Source: Ruditapes philippinarum (Eukaryota). Taken from it: 64,000 nucleotides of DNA. The DNA lies in the NCBI RefSeq assembly GCF_026571515.1, contig NW_026855927.1, forward strand, positions 1 through 64,000, written 5' to 3'. The position numbers and the translations under genes are program-made. How positions within the stretch are numbered: position 1 is the first letter of the stretch; each line of letters begins with the position of its first letter. Below, one piece after another: positions 12,151 to 22,593 of this stretch. The notes beneath the pieces are model-generated. The model had not been told where the DNA came from, made no database searches, and saw only the letters and a list, made by a program, of their open reading frames with translations.

Positions 12151-14754
12151 AAACTGAAATAAACCTTTCATTTATGACATTTTGTTACGAATGATCAGTG
12201 GGCGAAACTCATTACAAGTTTTCATTAGGCCTGTCATTGGGCCTTATAAGAATACGCTTTCAATTAACAACCATTACGCATGTCCATATGTTTACATTTG
12301 ACAATATACATGTCTGTAATTAAAACTTGTAATATATGGCGGATGTAATTAATGTTTATTTCTGTTATACAAACGCCAGAGAAAGAGCAAGCAGACGATA
12401 ATGACGAGTGTCAAAATATCACATATTACCCATAAATCATTGCAGGTGTTATGTTAATAGTAGACAATGACCAAATGAACTGATGACTTTACTTATGGTC
12501 ATTATACATGCTGACAGGACATTCCTTTAGGTAGTTTGACCTCTGTCCTTGATCCAGGATTGTCTTAATTATGTTCCTGATTTAGGAGAGATTATGGTTT
12601 ACTTTTCCAATATCATTGGAGAAGCTACGACATGTTATATGTAAGACAATCTTTAATTTATCCGACTATAACATATAACATTGTGTATCATCTTCAAAAT
12701 CATTTCGTTTTAAATAGTAATACATTTTATTTCAGATTAAAGCGTTGGACGTCATTCCCCCCTTTGAAAAGATTATACGGCTTTAGTTTTGTCCAGGGTA
12801 TGTGTGGCAACATGATAAAACATAATAAGTATATAAATAATGTAGTTATTATTCCTTAATGTATACATTAACTTAATGTAAAGAGATGTTCACAATATTT
12901 AATAGGAAAAAAACTAAGTCATCGAAACACTATTTGGTTTGCAGCGTAGGTCAAACCTTGACATCGTATACTGGTGTCTCATATTTCCGTGGTACTTAAC
13001 TGTTTAACACAGACAACAAAAGTTAGGAAAATAAAACTTTGGAAAATATGTTGAATATTGTAGGAAAGACATGTCAATTACATCATAGTTTATACCATTT
13101 AATTGTTACGTATAAGCAATTATGTACACAACATTGCAACTAACACCCATCTGCTGCCTAGTTAGTAAAGTTGTGTTCTTGTATTTCTAAGGCAATTACA
13201 TTTTAAGAGTTTCAAAAGCAAAACCTATAGTTATCTTTATTTTTTAGTATATCTATACCTAGCCTCGTCTGAAAGTGGGGATTTTCTATAAGGCATTTAT
13301 CAAATATCTTAATGGTTGTTTAACAAAGACAATATACGAAAAGTAAAATTAAAATTGTGAAATAATTAACTTTGCTCTTAATCTGAATAAAATAATATGT
13401 TTTCTCAGTCCTATATGTAACATTTTGATAAAATAAATAAAAAAAAGAAAAAGTTAAACTCCTGACAGGTGCATGGCGTCTAGGAGGCATTTGAGGCTGT
13501 TTATGCCTAATACCTTGGAATTATTAGTACCTCGGAAATATGAGGCACCAGTATACCCATTTTGTGTATTCATACTTTTGTGTTTGAGATCAATATCAGA
13601 AGTTTGAAGGAAATGGCCTAGAAGTTGCGATTGAGGACCTCAAACTAATAAACAGACCGAATACGGTATAATATAGTAAAAAGTACCACCACTAGACAAC
13701 TGCATCCAAGCAAGTTTTCACGACCGTGTGGTCTAACTAGTTTATATACTGTTGGTTACTCAATTTTAACCCTTACGACGCTAAATGTATTAAATGTATT
13801 TGTCCATTTATTTTTTAAATATACAAAACCATTCAACAGTTTTTGGGATTTTTTTTGCTTACAGTGTAGACCATGTTCAGTCAAAACGAATGCAGTTTCA
13901 TTTATTATCATATACCAGCAATAAGACAGTAACGTTTCTAAAGAAATTTCACATGAAGAAACACATATACGTTTACCAAGATCAGTTTTCCTTGTTCAAC
14001 ACCAATTATATTGCTCGTGGTGTGACGTCATGAATGTACTGAATGTACATTTATGTAATATGTAAAATAATTCTTTTGGTTTTGTTCACATTTCCATAAG
14101 TCAATCTACAGACGGTACAGTAACAAGAAACAACATCACTTGTTACGTTGGTTACGCGAAGTTGTATTCGCAAGCGGTGTGTGAACAAATAGAAATGGGA
14201 GCAAAACCTATCTATTACCAGCAGTACTTGGCTCGTTCTATTAAAACTTAGGCGTTTATTTCTATAAAATGATGTACTTTTTTAGACCATTTTCATGACT
14301 AAATAAGACATTAACTTCTGGTATGATTATAATGGGAAATAGAAAAATGATAGAGAAAATTGTACAGTTAAAAGCTATTTTAGCAGTAAGCACGACATAA
14401 TACATGTATGATATAATAAACACACAAAAATACATCACAAAACGAGATTGTCAACAGATGATGAATTCTAATTAATATTGTCCATTCATCTGAAATATAA
14501 AGAAATAAAAGATGAATGAGTATAATAAAACAGTATGATAATTGTAATTATATAAATAATAATGCCACTTGTTTTGGACTTTTTTTAAACAACTCTCATT
14601 CTTATCTTACAGAATAAATAAATAAATGAACCATTCTTAAAAAAAGGCAAACATGATATTTAAAACGTTTAAATAATTGTTTAAGATGCTTAAAACCTAA
14701 AGAAAGTAGCGCTGAATGTGAGATTATTTGTAATTAAAGTAGCGACATTTAAAC

Positions 14755-15262
14755 AATGTAGTATTTTGACTTCCATTCAAAATACTAAATCACGAGATTT
14801 TCATAACTACCGAAATGCAACTAGAGCAAAAGGTAGTTCAGGTAATTGGCAAATAAAAACCGTTTTGGAAACTTTATCACGACACAAAAAAAGAAAAAAG
14901 CTTTTGAGAACTGTAAGTAAAAGCTTTTCTACGGTTTCATGGACCTTTAATCTAAACAATATTAATATTATTTATTTCATGCTTTCCAGTGTTTTACTGT
15001 AATTTATCAGATGATTATATTCTGATTAACCACTAGTGAAATTTATAAAATATACAAAGTAATATTTTGACTTCCATACAAAATACTTAATCACTATGAC
15101 TATACTTATTGGTAAAACGTGACATACGCATAAATGGTTCAGGAAATTGGCCATTGAGTAATTTTCTGACATTATAACAGATAAAAAACAAACAAACAAA
15201 AACAAAAAAACAACATGAGAAATTAAAAATAAAAGGAATTCTTAGGCATAATGGGCCTTTAA
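14755..15262. repeat. Old diverged tandem duplication, about 300-bp period
   Basis: TATTTTGACTTCCAT.CAAAATACT.AATCAC, GTTCAGG.AATTGGC and GG.CCTTTAA each recur about 300 bp apart. Confidence 0.7.
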
Positions 15263-15685
15263 AGTTAATTATAATTGTTAGTCAAAAGGTGGGGGTTTTA
15301 TGAAAAGAAGCATTCTCTCACACTCAAACATACAACATTCTCTTCCATAAGAAAACCTTCTTACACGTAAATTCTGCATAAATAGATTTGTTATATGATC
15401 ATTATGAGTATTTTACGACTTCATGTAAGCAGACGACAAACCATTTGACATGTTTATTTCCTTTACGCAGAAGGCAAATAAAAATTAATAACATACATTT
15501 ATGATTATCCCCACAATGTAATAAATACCAAAAATAAAAGTACGGTATAGGTTAAATATAACCACCGCTATAGATATTACAAAAAAAAAACTTTATAATC
15601 AGTCATACAAAAAAGAGCCGAAATAACATTCGATAACCTATTTATTTCTAAATCATATGAATCTACTTTTGCTAAAACTTGCACC

Positions 15686-16034
15686 TTAAAGGGACTTCAC
15701 TGAAGACTTTTGACATAAAGATACTGTAAATCTTTTTTCGAGATTAATGTTCTATTTGTTGAAGATCTAGACCATTAACTTGTGTGCAAAATTTAGACCA
15801 TTTGCTCTCTCAGTTTTTCCATAATAATTGTTCTTTATTGTGAAAAAATGGCACAAAATCCACCCAAATCGTGCTAAGAAGAAGAGCTTAATACGATTTT
15901 CAAGCTATTAATTAGTATTGTACTACATTGACTACATTAATTATCTTTCTGTTTTAAGTGGCCCAGCTGATCTTTGTCAAAGTTCATTTTTAGGTTCCTT
16001 TTTAGGGTCTTGGACCTCAGGGGAGTTCCTTTAG
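15686..16034. mobile_element. Possible decayed TTAA-type MITE
   Basis: Left end TTAAAGGGACTTCACTGA versus the reverse complement of the right end CTAAAGGAACTCCCCTGA. Confidence 0.45.
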
Positions 16035-16392
16035 TGAATATTAATATGTAGCATAATATAGCATGATCCTGGTCAATTTTTAAAGTCGTTTTGCATTTTA
16101 ATTAAATAATATAATAAAATTTGTGCATTAAAAACTTAAATATGCGTCTGTCAAATACGGTATGTCACAAACAAACTATTTATGAACAATCTATGTAATG
16201 TACAATACCTATCTGATGCAAAAAAAATACTAATATTCAAAACCCCTTTCACCTTTGCTAAGTTTTTAAACCGTTTTCCATCACATTTCAATCGGCAAAA
16301 ACTCTTTTCTGATTTGCAGTATTTGAGGAGAAAAAAAAATGTGTTTTAAAGTAATGCTAATTTACTCATCATTGTGTCATATAAAAATGAAT

Positions 16393-16629
16393 TGAGCCGC
16401 GTCACGACAAAACCAACATAATGGGTTTGCGACCAGCATGGATCCAGACCAGCCTGCGCATCCGCGCAGTCTGATCAGGATCCATGCTGTTCGCTATCAG
16501 TTTCTCTACTTGTTATAGGGTTTGTAAGCGAACAGCATGGATAATGATCAGACTGCGAGGATGCGCAGGCTGGTCTGGATCCATGCTGGTCGCAAACCCA
16601 TTATGTTGGTTTTGTCGTAACGCGACCCA
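16393..16629. mobile_element. Foldback MITE, second copy of the 6061 family
   Basis: Near-identical to 6061-6297, with long inverted arms. Confidence 0.9.
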
Positions 16630-16942
16630 ATTGTTATTTATACACAATAAAACAGTATTACTGATGTTGTAATCCTGTAACAACGCGGTGAGAGCGTTCA
16701 ATTCCTCTTTTAGAACTTGGAGGTACATTCATATATAGTGATCTGTTTGGCATTAGAACTGCTAGTGTAGAATTTTGTTCTTTTTATTCTAACCTTTTCA
16801 AAAAGATAAGAACAACAAATGTACATGTAAGTATTTACAAATTACAAAAAAAAAATACAAAAAAACAAGACAACTAAAATGATTACTTTTATGATATACA
16901 GAAAGACGACTTACATTTTTATTGTATCCCCTGAGGAAATGA

Positions 16943-17128
16943 CTAGTGTCTTATACCATCGGCGTACATCTCTCCTGCCCCTGCGCCACCATAAGTACCA
17001 ACCCAACTTCCCATATACCCTTGGTCTCCTCCGATAAAGTCCAAAGGTGGTGGACCATCAAAGAAATACGGCGGCTGGGCAGACACCATACATATCATTA
17101 GGACGCACAAAACAAACACCAACTTCAT
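16943..17128 (-). CDS. Secreted acidic Gly-rich peptide (gene C), 61 aa
   Basis: Acceptor TTTTCATGTTAACAG|TTATG at 17131. Signal MKLVFVLCVLMICMVSA, mature QPPYFFDGPPPLDFIGGDQGYMGSWVGTYGGAGAGEMYADGIRH. Clear paralogue of gene D, with AATAAA downstream. Confidence 0.9.
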   Translation of the reverse strand: MKLVFVLCVLMICMVSAQPPYFFDGPPPLDFIGGDQGYMGSWVGTYGGAGAGEMYADGIRH

Positions 17129-18469
17129 AACTGTTAACATGAAAATAGAAAATCATGTCAGTTTGTGGTTAAGGGACACTGGCAAAGTTTCATGCTTTAG
17201 ATTCTACACTTCCCCTTACTTTGTGTCGGAATGATACACAGAACAGGCAGGCAGATGAATGCATGGATAATTTTTTGAATCTGATATCTTGCACAAAGAT
17301 GTTCTTAGTAAGAAAAAAAGGAAAATTGTGATTATTTTATTTTTTATTTCAAGCAAGTAGAAACGATATATACAGGTTCCTTTCCTTTTATTGTTGAAAA
17401 AAGGAATCCCAAAAATAATAAAATGTAGACTGGAATAAAACAAAATCATTGCCATAGTCTTTGGTTTACCAAGTGAACTTTTTTATGAAAATAGAAGAAA
17501 CTTATCTTGTTCATCTTCTTGCCATCAATATTTAAAAAGTGTTTTTATACTTAACAAAATAGAACGAAACAAAAGCAATATCATAAAAGAAAAAATACGC
17601 TTGCATGTACATGTCAATATACATGTTTTGTGCGACGAATCAACATATAAATGGTCTTATGCGTGTCTGTTTGTCCATGTTTAGTTTCTAGTGACACAAT
17701 TAATTTATCTTTTAAGTTTATGTTTGTTGTAGAAAATGTGCGTAAAACCATTTCCTTATTTCATTTATATGAGATACATCAAAGTAAAACTTTTTTGTAA
17801 GACACAGGTTTGTTTTGCCCAGTTTAAACAAGTAAACCTGTGCTTGTACTCTTGACCAAATGTGACACAAAAATCTCTTACAAAAGAACGAATTTAAAAA
17901 TGTGCTTAATCAGCAATATTTTTGATACAAAAATGAAATTTTGTTTAAGATTACAAAAATAAATTACGATTTCTATTTTTTCAATGATATTAAAAAGAAA
18001 ATGGTCAATGTTTAAAAATCTTTGTGAGCCTAAAAATGTGCGGATTTCAGTTAATATTCTCTCTCAATATTTTTGTTTAAGCGAAACGTTACTAAGATCA
18101 GACGAGATTGTACTTTATTGCATATTCTATTAGTGGCATCGTATTTATTGCATTATTTATAGCTTATTAAATTTTCAAAATCTTATACTTTTGTTAATGA
18201 AGATAACACAAAATTAATTACAACGTGTCTTTGTAAAGTTATAGATTAGTTTGTTTCAAGTTTGGCCTTGAAAACGAAAGTCTTTTTCTATAAAATTCTT
18301 ACAGATATCTTTTCAAAGCGAAATGATTGCATGACCTGTAAAAAATACCGACGCACAGCCATCAATATCGCTTTGAAATTTAAAAAAAATAGTGTTCATG
18401 TAATTCACTTCCTGTGATAATTAAATCATACCTTTACATCCTGAAAAATTTGATATAAATTTTACATAC

Positions 18470-18620
18470 CTTTTCTTGTATTAAGATGCTGCCGAAAAAC
18501 ACCCAGCCGCAAAGAACACGCGAATATTCTGAAGTAAAGCCCGTGATTACAAAAGAAGCCGTAGATCTTGGTGCATCGTCCGTGCTAAATTAATCATCGG
18601 CTTTTAACGCATCACGTAAT
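18470..18620 (-). promoter_or_regulatory. Non-coding first exon and core promoter of gene C
   Basis: Donor AAAG|GTATGT at 18470/18469. TATA-like GTTAAAAGCC at 18599-18608 is preceded by ATTACGTGAT. Alignable with 21204-21347. Confidence 0.65.
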
Positions 18621-19852
18621 ATGTGTTCAACATAAACCGCGTATGTAAGTCTCTCCCCTTACATAATATTCTCCTAATTTATTGAGTCCAACTGCAAAAC
18701 CTGAACTTATATCAAATGATAGAGAAAATTAGGAACAATGTTTTGAAAACCTTTTATATAACTACAAAATAAATATACATGGTTTTAAAATCTGGAAAAA
18801 GGGTGATCCCTCACAGCAAAATAACATGAAAATTGCAGACTTGGTGTGGTTGAGTCTATGAAAAAGTGCAAAATCCCTCATACTGGTTTGAGCGGTACTC
18901 AATTTCAGGTTTTGAAGTGCTGGAATCAATTATCCTGAAAGACCTTGACTGGAATAATGTAATGGTTATATTTCGCAACCACTTTTTTCTGAATTGAAGA
19001 CGCCTTTATAGTTATTTGGGTGTAACCTGATTTACTTGTATATCAATTCAGTTAAAATCTCAATATTTTCCAAAGCTTCACATAAATTAATGTTCCGTGT
19101 ATCGGCTGCTTGATATAGTCGAAATGAGTTCGGAACGTTTTTTTTATAACTAAAACTTTAAATTGTTTTTTCTTCTTTAATTTTGGATTTAATATATACA
19201 TTATGACATTTAGCTCATATTGAGCAAATGCCGATTACTTTTTAATTAATATATACTTAGATATCGATATTGAATTGAAAACAAGTTGTCACCTTTCACA
19301 GTTTTATTAAAACATATACATGACAATACACGTGCTGGTTGTCATAACACATCCGTGGAAGCAAAACGGCGTCTGTAAATATTAATTTTATTTATATATT
19401 CATTTCTAGGCAGACAACAATTAGATCTAGATCATGTTTTAAAATACAATTATTTTCAGAGTCCCTTTCAAATATTTGTAATCGTTTACTAGGTTAAATA
19501 ACGCCTCATACAAACGCGCGCACGCACGCACACACGAAAAAACGTACCATCATGTTATCATTTTATTGTTATCTTTACATTCCACTTTGAAATATATGTT
19601 TACCAATATTTTACATACGAACACATGATCTTAATGTTGATCATTTTACCATAGTTTCAATACAAGTTGAAATACTTATTTCTTTTAAAATGTTTTGAAA
19701 ATAATATGTTTTGTAACCTCTACTTTACAGGACTTCTATCAATACAATACATGCTGTTAAAAAACACTTTTATTAACATAATTTTTAGTATTCATACTTT
19801 TACTGCAAAATTTAGCAAACCAAAACTTACATTGTGAAGATGTTCGATGAGC

Positions 19853-20086
19853 TTAATGTGGATGAAAATGTCCATGAGATGCATGGTACTCTCTAGTCCC
19901 CGGCGGTCCTTCTCCGTCAGCAAACATTGGTCCGGCTCCCGCCCCTCCGTATCGCCCTACCCAACGACCCATGTAACCTGGGTACCCTCCTAATAGATAT
20001 AAACGAGGGGGTCGACGATACATGTAAGGTCGTTGGGCAAACGCCACAACTAACATCAGAGCGCCGAGCAGAAATAGCAGCTTCAT
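19853..20086 (-). CDS. Secreted basic Gly/Tyr/Arg-rich peptide with His-rich tail (gene D), 77 aa
   Basis: Acceptor TTATTTTGTAG|AAACTATG at 20092. Signal MKLLFLLGALMLVVAFA, mature QRPYMYRR...YGGAGAGPMFADG...HASHGHFHPH. AATAAA near 19769. Confidence 0.92.
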   Translation of the reverse strand: MKLLFLLGALMLVVAFAQRPYMYRRPPRLYLLGGYPGYMGRWVGRYGGAGAGPMFADGEGPPGTREYHASHGHFHPH

Positions 20087-20580
20087 AGTTTCTACAAAAT
20101 AATCATGGATTCATCAAACATACAATGTTATAGATTGTTCTGCAATGTCATAGATTGTTCTGAGCAAAAAGCACATTCATAGTTTCTAGAATGTAATTTA
20201 TTATGAGTTAAACAATCATAAAATATAATCGACTGTTCGGGACAAAAATAGCAGCTTCATAGTTTCTACAAAAAAATCATGGATTCGATAATCATACAAT
20301 AAAATCGTTTGTTCTGAACAAAAAGCAGATTCATAGTTTCTACAAAGTAATAATGGATTCATCATACAAAATTATCGATTGTTCGGATCAAAAATAGCAG
20401 ATTCATAGTTTCTAGAAAGTAATTAATTATGGATTTCTCAATCATACAATATTATTGATTGTTTTGAGCAAAAATTACAATCATAGTTTCTAGAAAATAA
20501 TTAATTATAGATTTATCAATCATACAATATTATCTATTGTTCGAAGCAAAAACAGCAGTTTGATAGTTTCTATAAAATCA
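20066..20580 (-). repeat. Tandem repeat of about 75 bp (about 7 copies) built from the gene D splice acceptor and start codon
   Basis: The unit core AAAT/AAGCAG.TTCATAGTTTCTA[CG]AA recurs near 20071, 20166, 20246, 20320, 20392, 20471 and 20549. Confidence 0.9.
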
Positions 20581-21203
20581 ATACAAGTATAATCAATTTT
20601 TTGGAGAAAATATATGTGGAATATGCATAGATGGAGACAAGAAAATGCTAAGTACTCTAATTCATATATATAAATTAAATTATTTTAAATGTATATTAAT
20701 GATAAATTATACTGAACATGATATATTCATTGAAAAACTAAGACATACTGCATATTTTCCATTACTGATAATGATAATGTAAAATAAATGAAGTTTGGCT
20801 AAATTATCTTGCTGATGGCAAAATGTTTAGGATAAGGTGCATTAAAACACGACACATTTTAATTTCACGGTCTTGTACATAGTTTGAACCTATACGTTGC
20901 TAACAACATCAAAATTAAATAAATAAAACTGTGATACATAATACAAAATGCGAAACGTAAACGCCGCTTAAAAAAGTGACAAACTGGTCCGGTGTTTAGA
21001 GCACGTATAGTCAGTGTAATAAATTTAATAAGATTGATAGCCCCCTATCTCACAGACGTAGAAAAAACGTACATTACAACTGACATGCAATTTATTGTGC
21101 AACTGAAAAAATAAAAAAAGATGCAAAATAAATCAAAATTTTAAGCATGTTACATGAGTAGCAATATTTTTATGCATTAGAACATGTACCAACAATAACT
21201 TAC

Positions 21204-21347
21204 GTTTTCTGTATTGAAGGCCACCAGTTACCGCGGAGCTCCAACACGCACGGACGACGTCTGAGCAAAATCTGACTTACACAGCTGTACCATGTATACT
21301 GTACATCTCATTTTGATTATTAAAGGCTTTTAACTGATCACGAAAAT
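21204..21347 (-). promoter_or_regulatory. Non-coding first exon and core promoter of gene D
   Basis: Donor AAAC|GTAAGT at 21204/21203. GTTAAAAGCC at 21325-21334 is preceded by ATTTTCGTGAT. Shares blocks with the gene C first exon. Confidence 0.65.
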
Positions 21348-21749
21348 CATGTTAACACGACAAAAATGCTTGTAAATCAGTTCGTTTGAAATATACATTT
21401 ATTGTGATTTATTTGGGAAGGGTTAGAAAATTGGCTGAGGTCCCGATATGTTAATGGTGTATTTTTGTCTGTAACATGTGCGCTAATGTATCATGCATTT
21501 TATATATACATTAGGATTTCTCGCAAAAATACATTTATGATCTCAAAATATCTTAAAAATTAGAAGAATTTAAAATCTGAAAATGATGCTGGTAATGTAC
21601 ATCGTTTGTTTTGTTTATTTTATTTTTTTTTTTTGGTCTTGAAATATTTTTAAAAAATACATGGTTTAATACATTTACAAGTTATAGGCAAACAGAAATA
21701 AACTTTTTAAAGCCAAAAAGCAACGAGTTGCATTAGGCAATTATATGTT

Positions 21750-22542
21750 TTTAGAAAAACTTTATATAAAACTTTCAAGTCTGAGTATAAAAGCGAACAG
21801 TACTGTAAAATGATATTGCCGTCTTCTCATCGGTCAGCATTTTGTAAATTTAGATTAGGAGTTGCACCGATTCGTATGGAGACCGGCCGTTATGAGGGTC
21901 TGAGCATAGAAGATAGAATTTGTCCTTTTTGTAACGATAATCAGTTGAAAATGAATAACATGTTTTGTTTAATTGTAAGGTTTATGATGATTTAAGAGTA
22001 GATTTATATTCTAGAGCAATAGGGCATGATAGTTTGTTCTCTGAAATGCAAGATTCTGATAAATATACTTACTTGTTTTCCAAATAAGAGCCAAAAATGA
22101 TAAGATATTGTGCCAAAACCTGTAAAAATATTTTAGATAGACGTCGTTTTAAACTCTGTAAATAAAATATTGCACTAGATGTCGAATGTTTCACACATTT
22201 GTTTATTACCTTATTTTTTATTATATGTCAGAAACCTCTTAAATGCAGTGTTTCGATGTTGATATTCATCTTGATATTCGTGCTTTTTTATTTTATGTTG
22301 ATATATGTTTTACTATAAATAATTGTTTAATGTCTTTCTTGTATAGTATTTTAACTCCATGCTTAGTTTAGATAAACTGTTCGATTTTAATGTAATTTCT
22401 GACGACTTTCTCTTTTAATTCCATAAGGAATGGCATTGCATTTATTTATTTTGTTTTAAAATATATATGTATGTTTTTATCATGTATATGCAATGATGAG
22501 ATATAAATAATGATGAGATATAAATAAAGATAAAATAAAGAT
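21750..22542 (+). mobile_element. 5'-truncated LINE 3' fragment
   Basis: RSAFCKFRLGVAPIRMETGRY...RICPFC matches the LINE ORF2 C-terminal motif also seen at 35874..36104. It is followed by a T-rich UTR and an AATAAAGATA repeat tail. Confidence 0.85.
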
Positions 22543-22593
22543 ACTGCTACTGCTACTACTGCTACTACTGCTACTACTACTACTACTACTACT
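22542..22593. repeat. (ACT/GCT)n microsatellite
   Basis: Direct reading of the sequence. Confidence 0.95.

Noticed and set aside
16484-16728. ORFs over the MITE
   Set aside because: Translation of the palindromic repeat.
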